From an uncultured virus (IMG/VR IMGVR_UViG_3300038318_000112) (taxonomy: Duplodnaviria > Heunggongvirae > Uroviricota > Caudoviricetes): a DNA stretch of 64,000 nucleotides. The position numbers were made by a program, and so were the translations under genes. This document shows, one piece after another, positions 10,449-20,092 of this stretch (position 1 is the stretch's first letter; every line of letters starts with the position of its first letter). The notes under the pieces were generated by a model. That model was not told the DNA's origin. It was given only the letters and a program-made list of their open reading frames with translations, and ran no database searches. The DNA lies in IMG/VR virus record IMGVR_UViG_3300038318_000112, positions 1 to 64,000 of that record; one strand, written 5' to 3'.

Positions 10449-11594
10449 TTACTTATTTTTAATAAGTTTGGTTTCATTTAAAGTTGGTTTTGCATTAAAC
10501 TCAGGTATTGTTGATCGTTCCCATCTTGGAGTTAATCCTGATTGTTTAGTTATATTTGCATATAACCCGGATTGCTTCTTTAATAAATTGGTATAATGCT
10601 GTTCTAATTTAGCATTTCCTATCTCTCTTGCAGATAAAATCTTTTCTTTAGTTCCTCGCATAGCAGTTTCTGTTCTTCTCATATATTGACTTGCTTCATA
10701 TCTGGTCATGGTTTTGCCGTTTACAGTTATCTTCTTTTGTGCTAAATCGTTCATTTTCTTTAATTCAGAATCCGAATAAGTTGGCTCAGATACACCTAAG
10801 ATTATTGGGAATAAGAAATGGTGACAATTTAATTCTCCTATCTGCCTATCCAATCCCGCACTCACTTGTGCCCATTCCTTTTTTGAATACTGTCTACCTT
10901 GAACTGGTATATGATCCAGAGCACATAAAGCATGAACTGAAACTTCAACTCCATCTGATCCAAATTGCTCACCGATTCTTGAGTTAACTCCTATATTCAT
11001 CTGTCTTACGCCATCAAGAACATTCATCCTTGCCGCACTATCTAATCTTCGAGTAAGACCACTGGCATACTGTACTCTCATACCATTACTTACTTCCTTC
11101 ATAATTAAATTATCAATCTGATCTTTATAATTAGAAGCTCCAGTCGATACCATTCTTATTGCTTCATCAACTGCATTTTTATAAGATTGGGACATCACTG
11201 TGGTTTTAGCAAGATTGGTAAAAGTTCCTGCAGTTAATATTTTCATTGAATTAACATAGTCATTTAATAACTTGTTTTCTTCAAGTGGAACCTGAGTCAC
11301 TCCATTTATTCTATAATATTCTGATACTGTTTCATAACTATCTTTTGCTATCTTATCATATAACTTGTCCATCTGATCAAGAGTTATATTTAGTTCATGA
11401 GCAAATTCTTTATTTATCTTCTTTACATTTACTCCATATTTAGCAAGTTGATTTAATAAATGAACATCATCCGCTGATAACTCCCCGATTTTAGATAAAT
11501 GGTCAGCCATCAATGTTATATATTTTATATTAACCTTTTCAAAGTTATCACCTAAAGCATAAGCGATTTCATTTAACTGTTCCTGAGTTATCAT
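10449..11594 (-). CDS. Minor capsid/head morphogenesis protein
   Basis: VSVH..CALDH...QGRQY, NCHH, YEASQYMR..E motifs. Confidence 0.85.
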   Translation of the reverse strand: MITQEQLNEIAYALGDNFEKVNIKYITLMADHLSKIGELSADDVHLLNQLAKYGVNVKKINKEFAHELNITLDQMDKLYDKIAKDSYETVSEYYRINGVTQVPLEENKLLNDYVNSMKILTAGTFTNLAKTTVMSQSYKNAVDEAIRMVSTGASNYKDQIDNLIMKEVSNGMRVQYASGLTRRLDSAARMNVLDGVRQMNIGVNSRIGEQFGSDGVEVSVHALCALDHIPVQGRQYSKKEWAQVSAGLDRQIGELNCHHFLFPIILGVSEPTYSDSELKKMNDLAQKKITVNGKTMTRYEASQYMRRTETAMRGTKEKILSAREIGNAKLEQHYTNLLKKQSGLYANITKQSGLTPRWERSTIPEFNAKPTLNETKLIKNK

Positions 11595-11599
11595 TTATT

Positions 11600-13114
11600 T
11601 TACTCCAATGTCTGATCTTTATTACCTGAATTATATATATCATTCATCAATTCGTTTGTAGAATCTTTTGCAATCTGATCAATCATTTTCTGTGCTGTCT
11701 CAATATCTTCATCTGTATACCAAGCACGAACTTCAGCTTTGCTTAATATATCTGCCTGAACTAAACTTATCTTCTGAGTTAATTCGGTTTCAGTATCAGT
11801 TAAGATATTATCTTTCCAATCAATATTAACTGTATACTCACCCTCAGGAGCCATGCCATAAATACTGCATAAAATATCTGCCGCATAAACTGCATCTTTC
11901 AATGCTTTATCCAAAGATTTCTGATTGGCTGATACTGTGATATATGTTCGTTGTCTAAGTATCTTTATTTCAGTTGCGGTTCTTACATCTATAGTAACAT
12001 CTGAAATTGTACCTCTTGCAATACCAACTAAATCTTCGATTCTTGCCAGATACTTATTCAGTCCTTGTAGATAACTTGTATCTCGTAACGATGGAACAAA
12101 AGCATTGTAAGTTTGATCGGTTCCAACATCAATCCCTCGGTATAATCTTTTCTTAAATGCGTCCATAACTGGACCGGTTTTGAAATAATTAGTTGTATAG
12201 TTTATAGCGGAAGGATCAACATCAATTGCCATCTGCCCCCCATTATATTCCCAATCCAACCTACTAAACTGTTCGTCGGCTCTTTGAATCATGTGTAATG
12301 CGGGAGAGAAAATAGATATTCCCATTGGACTATTCATATCTACATTATTGGCTATTGGTACCCTATAATATCCAAATAGTGGTCTATCAATATTTTCAAT
12401 AGTAACTTGAGGTTCAATCGAACTCCATCTTACTATTGAATCAAGAGCCACTTCCATACCTAAATCTTGTTTCTGGCCATCATCCGCACTAACTATTTCT
12501 GCAACAAAGGCTTTATTTTCAATAATCATTTTATCTTCAGCAAATGTCTGACGTTCAACCTTAGTAAAAATTCTACCTCCTGAAATGAACTGATCTATAA
12601 ATGCTACATCTGTCATGTTTCCATTATCATCAAAAGTTATAGGGTAGAAATCGCCTTGATAAGTAAAATCAAAATAAATTGTATTCTTATCAACATAAGG
12701 CTTGATTACCACTCCACCCAATGCCATTCCCTTTTCAAGGTTACTGGGTAATTTATCAATCAAATGTTTATTATAAATATTATTCAAATACCCGGCTCTG
12801 GTATTTGTATTCATTTCCGGATCATCATCATTCTCAATATCACCCGGAGTACTTACAGACGATTCCATTTCTGCTAAAACCTGTATCTGCATTGCCTCAC
12901 AAATCTGTTTACCCAGTCCTAAAGAATAAACTCCTTCTTCATCACTTAACCATTTAGATTTATCTTTATAAACAGATTTCCATGTATCTAAAGAATCTGT
13001 CATTGCATCCGATACTGTATATACATTAACATTTTCAACTGTTTCTGAAATGTCTTTGTATGCCACCATCTTTCTTAATGCCTGTTTAATTAAATCAAGT
13101 AATCTTCTAAACAT
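11600..13114 (-). CDS. Portal protein (A118-like)
   Basis: 504 aa; ALGG..IKPY, SPMGISIF, TATEI motifs. Confidence 0.88.
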   Translation of the reverse strand: MFRRLLDLIKQALRKMVAYKDISETVENVNVYTVSDAMTDSLDTWKSVYKDKSKWLSDEEGVYSLGLGKQICEAMQIQVLAEMESSVSTPGDIENDDDPEMNTNTRAGYLNNIYNKHLIDKLPSNLEKGMALGGVVIKPYVDKNTIYFDFTYQGDFYPITFDDNGNMTDVAFIDQFISGGRIFTKVERQTFAEDKMIIENKAFVAEIVSADDGQKQDLGMEVALDSIVRWSSIEPQVTIENIDRPLFGYYRVPIANNVDMNSPMGISIFSPALHMIQRADEQFSRLDWEYNGGQMAIDVDPSAINYTTNYFKTGPVMDAFKKRLYRGIDVGTDQTYNAFVPSLRDTSYLQGLNKYLARIEDLVGIARGTISDVTIDVRTATEIKILRQRTYITVSANQKSLDKALKDAVYAADILCSIYGMAPEGEYTVNIDWKDNILTDTETELTQKISLVQADILSKAEVRAWYTDEDIETAQKMIDQIAKDSTNELMNDIYNSGNKDQTLE

Positions 13115-13126
13115 TATTTAATCTCC

Positions 13127-13882
13127 TTATACAAGTGCCTTGATTTTAGCTCTTGTTTTCGGTCCAACTGAACCGTCAATAGTGAGTTTATATTTTTTCT
13201 GGAATATTTTAACTGCTTTAAATGTCGCATCACCAAAGGAACTATCCAAAGTAAGTTCAGCATTCATGATTTTATTTAGGCATTTCTGTAATCTGAGAAC
13301 CTGTGCCCCGGTGTCACCTTTAATCAAATCTTTAGTTGGGTAAACATGAGTCTTCTTTTTAGTAACTGTTATTCCAGTCAACTTATCTCTCAGTCTGATC
13401 CATCTATCGTGATCAATATAACCATTTGGGCAACATTTACCCGTAACATCAAAATGTCTTATAACTCGAGTTGCAGGTATATCATATTTCTTCATCAACC
13501 ATTTGACTAAAGGAATTGCTGTTCTTATAGCTGTTGGTGTAGGTATAATTCTTCCATGCTTTCTGTAGCAACAAAGTTCAATTCCTATACTGTTGCTATT
13601 AGTACATATCTTATGAAACTTTGCCCCACCTTTCTTCATTCCATAATCCTGTAAACCACCTCCGCAATGCCATGCCGACCTTGACACTGGTATGCTCTGC
13701 CATATTGCTGAATCAACAAAGAAATGAGCACCTGCTCGCCTATCTCCTCCTCTAAAATATCTACAGTTATCTTTAGCAGTTGATATTGCTCCTACATAAT
13801 GAATAACTATATATTTTATATCTGTTCCATATCGAGGAGATGAGTTGTAACTTGAAAGTAATTTATTTATCTTCATCTTCAT
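13127..13882 (-). CDS. Endolysin: N-acetylmuramoyl-L-alanine amidase (Amidase_2) plus PG-binding domain
   Basis: YIVIHY, AHFFVD, AWHCG, NSIGIE, RHFDVTGK.CP; C-terminal FG..T..AVK.FQ...DG.VGP.T. Confidence 0.92.
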   Translation of the reverse strand: MKMKINKLLSSYNSSPRYGTDIKYIVIHYVGAISTAKDNCRYFRGGDRRAGAHFFVDSAIWQSIPVSRSAWHCGGGLQDYGMKKGGAKFHKICTNSNSIGIELCCYRKHGRIIPTPTAIRTAIPLVKWLMKKYDIPATRVIRHFDVTGKCCPNGYIDHDRWIRLRDKLTGITVTKKKTHVYPTKDLIKGDTGAQVLRLQKCLNKIMNAELTLDSSFGDATFKAVKIFQKKYKLTIDGSVGPKTRAKIKALV

Positions 13883-13985
13883 CCACCTCTACTTCATAAG
13901 CATTAGGATCAACCTTTTTATCTACTTCGTCCCTCTGATCATCTTTGCATGCTTTCGCAATTTTTCTTTTAGTTATAGGATTCAT
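13863..13985 (-). CDS. 40-aa lysis-module-associated peptide
   Basis: Read by hand: MNPITKRKIAKACKDDQRDEVDKKVD...; homologous to 50366-50476. Confidence 0.65.
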   Translation of the reverse strand: MNPITKRKIAKACKDDQRDEVDKKVDPNAYEVEVDEDEDK

Positions 13986-14002
13986 AATTCTACTTCCTTT
14001 CT

Positions 14003-15577
14003 TTAGTTACCTTTACGTTTCCAAACTCTTTCAAGTGCATACCTGGTCATATCAATGCTATGATTGTTTTCATCTGGATATGCTGAAATTGGTTCTCCAT
14101 CTTTGGTTAATTCATACTGATATTTACTAAATTCTTTATATGTTTCCGGACATCTTACCGGATCAATAATTATTGCATTTAATGATTGTAGCCATTTGAT
14201 TCCTTCATGTATTGAGTTCGGGCCTTTTTCCGCACCTTTAGTATTACTCCCATAACTTCTAAAATCTGATATTGATTTATTCTCAGCAGAATCAGCAGTT
14301 ATCAAATCAACATTATTAACTCCTTTATGATCATGTAGATAACTCCATGTATCTTCATTTCTCATTTTATTGGTACGAAATTCATCATAAATATATAATG
14401 TTCTTCTAGATAATTCCAAATCCATTTTGCCCCAGTGGAAAGGATCAGGGAACCATCCCCAGTCAATGCCTTGATAGATATGGTCAAATGATGCTATCTG
14501 TTCATCTGTTATAGTCTCAGCTCTTACATTTTCAAATACAGTTGTACCTAAACCCACTGCTAAACCTAAATATTCATGTTTAAATGCCTTTATATTTGTA
14601 TCTCTTAACCACTTTGCTTCATCCATAAATGGTTTTCCTAACCATTGTACCGGAGCTTTAAGATAATTGGTTAAACTAAATAATCTATTTGGCTTTGGTA
14701 ATGCGGCTTCTTGATTTATCCAATGTAATTTTGATATTGGTGTATTATAAGACACAAACTTTATAAAATCGTCCCCGCCTCTCATTACAGACTGATCTAT
14801 ATTCCTTATTTCGGCCATGCCAGCCATCTGATCGCACTCTTCGTACCATATAATTCCAATGTGCATATTAAGTGGTGGTCTTATAGATTTAATCTTTTCT
14901 GGTTCATCTGCACCTCTAAAATAAATCTTTTGTCCTGTTTTCTTCATTACAATTTCAAGTGGGTTAACGGTAGACTTAAAATCGGCATCCAGCTCACAAT
15001 TACTTATTGCCCATTGTAACTGAGAATAAACAGAATCCCTCATTGTTGCCGCAACTCTTCTTACTACGATACAACACATATCCGGATTGTTTTTCATCAA
15101 TTCAATTATCTTTAAAGATATAAATGTTGATTTAAGTGAACCTCTTCCTCCTGCTAACCAATATTCAAGATGTCCACGTTCATCTATATCCCTATTCATA
15201 TCCACAAAAGATGAGCCTATATCTTTAGCTGGAAGATTGTAATGATCTTTATTCGATGATTTTCCTTGTTCTGCTAAATCAGTTAATATTTGAAATGCTG
15301 AAGTATTTCCTTTGATCGCACTATTTGCTTGTCCTGCTACCATTGCGGCCATAACATTAATATCTTCTGTGTCTAAATCTTTACATAACTTCTGTACTGA
15401 TTTTACCTTCTTTGCATCTACATTGGATTCTAACATAGCTACAGTTAATTCCTGTAATGATTTTTTCCTTCTTCTTGCCTTACCACTATTAATTCCACCC
15501 TTACTCGCTATTTTCTTTTGTTCCTCTTTAGTGCGAGTATTCATAGGTCTCATATTTTGAGGGTTACCTCTTGGCAT
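14003..15577 (-). CDS. terL: Terminase large subunit (PBSX type) with fused N-terminal TerS-like domain
   Basis: GGRGSLKS Walker A, WYEE Walker B, GIDWG and NHSID nuclease motifs; N-terminal ~110 aa with IASKGG..SG..RR and A.KGN..A. Confidence 0.9.
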   Translation of the reverse strand: MPRGNPQNMRPMNTRTKEEQKKIASKGGINSGKARRRKKSLQELTVAMLESNVDAKKVKSVQKLCKDLDTEDINVMAAMVAGQANSAIKGNTSAFQILTDLAEQGKSSNKDHYNLPAKDIGSSFVDMNRDIDERGHLEYWLAGGRGSLKSTFISLKIIELMKNNPDMCCIVVRRVAATMRDSVYSQLQWAISNCELDADFKSTVNPLEIVMKKTGQKIYFRGADEPEKIKSIRPPLNMHIGIIWYEECDQMAGMAEIRNIDQSVMRGGDDFIKFVSYNTPISKLHWINQEAALPKPNRLFSLTNYLKAPVQWLGKPFMDEAKWLRDTNIKAFKHEYLGLAVGLGTTVFENVRAETITDEQIASFDHIYQGIDWGWFPDPFHWGKMDLELSRRTLYIYDEFRTNKMRNEDTWSYLHDHKGVNNVDLITADSAENKSISDFRSYGSNTKGAEKGPNSIHEGIKWLQSLNAIIIDPVRCPETYKEFSKYQYELTKDGEPISAYPDENNHSIDMTRYALERVWKRKGN

Positions 15578-15625
15578 AATTTACACCTCTATTGTATAAC
15601 ATAACGACTGTTCTAATTATTACAT

Positions 15626-15654
15626 ATTATAATACATTCTTATATAAATTACAA
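15626..15654 (-). promoter_or_regulatory. sigmaA-like promoter upstream of terminase
   Basis: TTGTAA-17 nt-TATAAT on minus strand. Confidence 0.5.
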
Positions 15655-15778
15655 ATAAAAAAATAATCCTTTATATTTAATAAAAGATTATTTTAATTAT
15701 CTTTATTTATATTATAGTTAAATAAAGATATTATATTATTTCTTTAGTTATTCTCTTGCCCCCCCGGAATTTTTATTT

Positions 15779-15952
15779 TTATACTAATGTATCTGGATCA
15801 CTCTCATAAAATTCCTTTACCCAGTATGATATATAAGCAGTATATGATTGTTTTGTATTTTGTAAAGGTAAATCTATATTTAATCTTTCCGATATTGCTT
15901 CCGCAAATTCTATCTGTTTATCAGTAGGTTTTTCTATCAATTCTTTCTTCAT
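15779..15952 (-). CDS. Hypothetical protein (57 aa)
   Basis: Read by hand: MKKELIEKPTDKQIEFAEAISERL...; ATGA overlap with upstream gene. Confidence 0.6.
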   Translation of the reverse strand: MKKELIEKPTDKQIEFAEAISERLNIDLPLQNTKQSYTAYISYWVKEFYESDPDTLV

Positions 15953-16227
15953 CTTGATTCCTCCAATGATTTTTCCATCTGATACTGCTTATACGTTATT
16001 CCTCTTACTCTGCCCTCTTCTAATTTTTTATCAAGTGATCCCGTACAATATCTTTCTTGATATTCTCTTTTTATTTTTAACTGTCTTGCCAGTTCAGCGG
16101 GTTTTCCAATTCTCACTCTTTCTTTTTCCAGATTTTTTGCTCGTTCAATCCTGCATGCTTCCGAGCACATTTTCTGTCCATTAGATTTTGGCTCAAATTC
16201 TTTACCACAAATAATACACTTCATCAT
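15949..16227 (-). CDS. Zinc-finger protein
   Basis: CIICGKEF...CSEAC; AAGGAG RBS. Confidence 0.65.
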   Translation of the reverse strand: MMKCIICGKEFEPKSNGQKMCSEACRIERAKNLEKERVRIGKPAELARQLKIKREYQERYCTGSLDKKLEEGRVRGITYKQYQMEKSLEESR

Positions 16228-16702
16228 ATCTCCTTATATAAATCTCTTGCCCGGCGGATTGTAAAAGATAAAACATAATTAACAACAAAGGAAATAACCT
16301 GCCAGGCAAGATTCTTGCTACCATCTATTGTGTTTCTCGTCTTTTCTAATATCATCGAATAACTTAGCAAATATAAATACTCCGCCACCTATCACGATCA
16401 ATGCTATAACAAATATCATATTATACTCCTATACAGTGATCCAAATATCATTGGCATGAACGGTAATAATACAAGCCCATTACACATTTGATATTTAAAC
16501 ATTACATATATAACTGGTAAAGCTAATGCCAGCATCCAGATTCTTTCAAAATTCTTCAACTCGATCATCCTCCCTTTACTAAATTCTTTAATAGTCCTTT
16601 CTCGCTCGTGACCTTATCCTGCATTACTTTTAAACAATCACCTTGTATTAATTTAATACCCTTTTCTCTATTTCTATATATCATATTTACTCATCCTTCC
16701 AG

Positions 16703-17458
16703 TCAAAACAGTTTATTTCTTTTGATCTTGTCTTCTTTGCAAAATCTTTCTTCAATATCATGCAGAGTCACTCCTTTGGGACGAAAGCTCATAGGGCTAT
16801 CTTCATCAAGCCAAAGTAACGCCTTCCATCTATCCGGATAATTTTCTCTTAAATACCTCAGTTGCCCAAGTGTCTGATAATGGCAGAACCAACAGCCATC
16901 TCTTGCAAAGCTATTATAAACAGGACTCAATAAACTATTTTTTTTACACCACTCATAACAATCTTTTTCGGTCAGCTCTGCCTTAACAAGCGGATACAAA
17001 TTAAAGTCTTTACAATCCCTTATCTTTTCTTGCCTCTCGAGCTTCTTTTCGTCTACAGCGTACCCTACATACCAAAAACTATCCTTTAACTTTGTCTTAT
17101 ATTTTCTAATCGGGGACATTTTTAAGTTACTATTACACCATGCGCCGCGAACAATAGGAAAGCCATATATTTTCCCCCGATTCTCTTCTTTTGCTCTCTC
17201 TCCGCGAACTTGATAAAATTTATCGCAGTACGTTAAATCTGCTTTCAGATGCTTTATCTTGAACCCATACCTACGTTCAATAATTCTATCCGCCTTTTCT
17301 CTAAATTCTTCAACTTCGGGATAATAGGCGGATACTCCATTATCGAACATAACATCAACGGTAACTATCTCATCAAGCGGTAAATGCAATCTCTCTACAA
17401 TAACATCAATCATACAAATACTATCTTTACCATAGCTACAGCTTGCTATATATTTCAT
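16703..17458 (-). CDS. PAPS-reductase-family PP-loop protein
   Basis: SYGKDS PP-loop, WC...LK, YPL, R.GCWFC. Confidence 0.8.
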   Translation of the reverse strand: MKYIASCSYGKDSICMIDVIVERLHLPLDEIVTVDVMFDNGVSAYYPEVEEFREKADRIIERRYGFKIKHLKADLTYCDKFYQVRGERAKEENRGKIYGFPIVRGAWCNSNLKMSPIRKYKTKLKDSFWYVGYAVDEKKLERQEKIRDCKDFNLYPLVKAELTEKDCYEWCKKNSLLSPVYNSFARDGCWFCHYQTLGQLRYLRENYPDRWKALLWLDEDSPMSFRPKGVTLHDIEERFCKEDKIKRNKLF

Positions 17459-17982
17459 TTCGCCATCTCCCATTTATCACACGAACTTGCAGCAGGCTTT
17501 AGTCTTCCCCTTGCTTTCGCACACTTGCCGTATCTTGCTACCAATCCACCGCACATAATCTCTCTGCTCCATGCTCCGCACGTCTCGCACTTCTTCTCAG
17601 GCTTCGTCTCATACACTTCTACACCTGCAATCTTACCGAGATGTCCTTTATCATTCGGTAGTAATTCCTCACCGTCTATCCACGTAAGGCCGTAGCTTTC
17701 AGCACACATCTGCTCGATCTTGCAGCCTCTTGTGCCTTCCCAACCGGGAGCAAATACTACAACGTCTGCGGTAGACATAAGCTGCAAACTCCTGCCTAAA
17801 AACCATAATGGCTTTGCTGCTGTCGGAGCATCCTGAAAGAAACTGTCGATAACCTTTACGCAAGGGATTCCTCCGTCGTCGCTTGTGTATATCCTCTCGA
17901 TCTCCGCTATTATCTCCTGCCTTACTGTTAGAATCTCATCGTCTGTTTTTCCTCTCATCGGCTGCGATATAAATACTTTCAT
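17455..17982 (-). CDS. DUF4406/nucleoside deoxyribosyltransferase-like protein with C-terminal Cys cluster
   Basis: VFISQPMRG, AD...F.PGW...RGC.IE. Confidence 0.7.
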   Translation of the reverse strand: MKVFISQPMRGKTDDEILTVRQEIIAEIERIYTSDDGGIPCVKVIDSFFQDAPTAAKPLWFLGRSLQLMSTADVVVFAPGWEGTRGCKIEQMCAESYGLTWIDGEELLPNDKGHLGKIAGVEVYETKPEKKCETCGAWSREIMCGGLVARYGKCAKARGRLKPAASSCDKWEMAK

Positions 17983-17990
17983 TTTCTATT

Positions 17991-18114
17991 CCTTTCCGGG
18001 GCAGCCATTGCTAAAATACGTTTTCATGTTTCAATAAATCATTGTTGTTTTGTTTTGACGCACGCATTGAGAAAAGTTCCGTGCGCCAGTTATAATTAAT
18101 GTGCACGCTGCCCC
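17991..18114 (-). ncRNA. Candidate structured leader element, copy 1
   Basis: GGGGCAGC...GCTGCCCC closing stem followed by GGAAAGG RBS; same architecture as 18661-18783. Confidence 0.5.
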
Positions 18115-18221
18115 TATATCTGGTCCGCGTAGTAGGTGCGGACGGTTAATCGTTTTCAATTTCCTCAGCCCAACATTTTTCACAATCGACACGACATACT
18201 ATGCCTTGCCCTGCAAAACAT

Positions 18222-18653
18222 TCATCTGTAATTCCAAGTTTTTTTCACAAATACTTTTCTATATTTAATCCCGAATGAATCGCAAGAATCATATCCAATA
18301 TGGTAGTCAATAATATTTCCATTAATAGCTCCTCCGGTATCATCTGATCTTACAATACCCAATCCCTCAATCTTAAACTTCGTCCCTAATAGGATAATAT
18401 CAGGATCAGTTGCAACTGTATAGTATGGCACTGGAGTTCTGCCGCTTGCCGTACTGTAGTTTTCCCCTCCCCCTTCATTATAGTTATATGCAGTGATCTT
18501 AAATGTTCCAATACATACCCATTCAGTTTTCGGTTTAGATTTCTCATATTTTGCCTTTGCTTCACAGTTGCAATACTTTGGAAGTATCATCGGCATAGCC
18601 AAAACCAAAATCAATAATGTGATCAAAATATATAAATCTATCTTTCTATTCAA
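18222..18653 (-). CDS. 3D-domain (peptidoglycan-active) protein with N-terminal membrane anchor
   Basis: ITAY, TASG, TVATDP..I.LG, DDTGGAI.G..ID; TTG start after GGAAAGG. Confidence 0.8.
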   Translation of the reverse strand: MNRKIDLYILITLLILVLAMPMILPKYCNCEAKAKYEKSKPKTEWVCIGTFKITAYNYNEGGGENYSTASGRTPVPYYTVATDPDIILLGTKFKIEGLGIVRSDDTGGAINGNIIDYHIGYDSCDSFGIKYRKVFVKKTWNYR

Positions 18654-18660
18654 ACTGAAC

Positions 18661-18783
18661 CTTTCCGGGGATCGGATCAAAGTAATAATTTATAGTACAA
18701 TATACGCTGATTATTTATGTTCCAGCATCCAATTGTATAGTATGTTTTGAATGCTTGTAATAATTAATTGTGCACCGATCCCC
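18661..18783 (-). ncRNA. Candidate structured leader element, copy 2
   Basis: GGGGATCGG...CCGATCCCC closing stem followed by GGAAAGG RBS. Confidence 0.5.
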
Positions 18784-18912
18784 TTTATATAAATCAATAT
18801 AGGTTATCCTATATTGATCATGTTCTAAATCAACTGTCTGTCGACGTACCTATCGCACTTTGCGTGGCACTCCGCTGTCCTGTCTGGACAGTTCAGACAC
18901 GGCGATTCGGGC

Positions 18913-19179
18913 TTACGCATCTGTATCACCCCAATCCAGTTTCTGACCACAGCATGGGCAGTATAGATCACCAATGCCATTATCACTATCACTCTCATAT
19001 AGACATGTAGGGCAGGTATAGTCATCCAAATGGCAGTCAATAGGCACTTTAGGTATTTGCCTGTTTAGAGCTTCTATTCCCATCTCTATTGCAAACACTT
19101 TATTCTTATTAGAGATTCCACCCTTCATCTGTTCCATCTGTATCGTTTTCAGCATTGCTTTTGCTTCGATTATCTTCAT
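18913..19179 (-). CDS. Zinc-ribbon hypothetical protein
   Basis: ALNRQIPK, CPTC...YCPCCGQKLDW. Confidence 0.7.
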   Translation of the reverse strand: MKIIEAKAMLKTIQMEQMKGGISNKNKVFAIEMGIEALNRQIPKVPIDCHLDDYTCPTCLYESDSDNGIGDLYCPCCGQKLDWGDTDA

Positions 19180-19304
19180 TCAGCACCACCTCGCTCTTTC
19201 AACTTCAATCTTTTCGGCTTTTTTAAGAACCTCGTTCCACTCCATCATCGTAATTTCTCTTTTGGTTCCTCTTAATATCTGCATTTTGTTTTCCTCCTAG
19301 AAAT

Positions 19305-19592
19305 TTATTTATTTTCAAGTTCAGCAAATTGTTTGATATATTCATCTTGCTCATCTTCAAGCCTTTCAAGTTCAGCTTCAAACGCAAGTCTTGCTTTTTC
19401 TTTTCTTGCTTCGTAACCTTCAATCTTTTCTTTAAGATCTGCTTTGCGTTTGTCTTGATTATATTTGTTTTCAACATATATGGCTACTCCATTATCTTTT
19501 CTAACAATCTTTGTTTTATAGCCTTTATACTTAACTTTTGCTCTTGCTTTCATCTTGTCTACCGCTTCGACATGGGAAGCTCTTTCCCACAT
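19305..19592 (-). CDS. Hypothetical coiled-coil protein
   Basis: ORF with phage-like codon use in early operon; start uncertain. Confidence 0.55.
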   Translation of the reverse strand: MWERASHVEAVDKMKARAKVKYKGYKTKIVRKDNGVAIYVENKYNQDKRKADLKEKIEGYEARKEKARLAFEAELERLEDEQDEYIKQFAELENK

Positions 19593-19699
19593 TCCTGTAA
19601 AGCTAAAGTTTTCATTTAATTTAATTCTCTTTCTTTCATCATCTGATTATAAGTCATATCTTTGTCCTCCTAGACTAATTTGATTATTAATTTTATTTA

Positions 19700-20020
19700 T
19701 TATGCTTCTGTATAATCAACATCATAACTCGTAAAGCAATCAACTTCAGGATGAGCAATTCCAGTTGCCTTTTCAATAACCATATTGTTTGTTACAATAT
19801 GGAAGCAGTCAGCTTTATAACTACCGTCCATACCTTGAAAAGAATTACGAGTGTAAACAAATTTTTTATCAGGATGCTTATCACATACCCATACATTCAT
19901 CCTACGTGCTTCACCATCATAACTTTTACCGTCCCAGCCATTGAATGTGATTTCAATCTTTTCATTTGTCTTTACGAAGCCATACATATTATTTGTTGCC
20001 TTAGCATAAATCTTTCTCAT
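19700..20020 (-). CDS. Hypothetical early protein
   Basis: First gene after repeated promoter; AAAGGAG RBS. Confidence 0.7.
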   Translation of the reverse strand: MRKIYAKATNNMYGFVKTNEKIEITFNGWDGKSYDGEARRMNVWVCDKHPDKKFVYTRNSFQGMDGSYKADCFHIVTNNMVIEKATGIAHPEVDCFTSYDVDYTEA

Positions 20021-20054
20021 TTTGTTTCTCCTTTGTTATTTAACATTAACTTGT

Positions 20055-20092
20055 TTACAATTATATTGTAACACATAATATATAAATGTCAA
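20055..20092 (-). promoter_or_regulatory. Repeated strong promoter, copy 1
   Basis: TTGACA-16 nt-TACAAT with TG extension and TTACAAT-N3-ATTGTAA palindrome. Confidence 0.8.

Noticed and set aside
16703..17458. Phosphorothioate (Dnd/Ssp) system
   Set aside because: No cysteine desulfurase, DndD, DndE or Ssp partners in the window.
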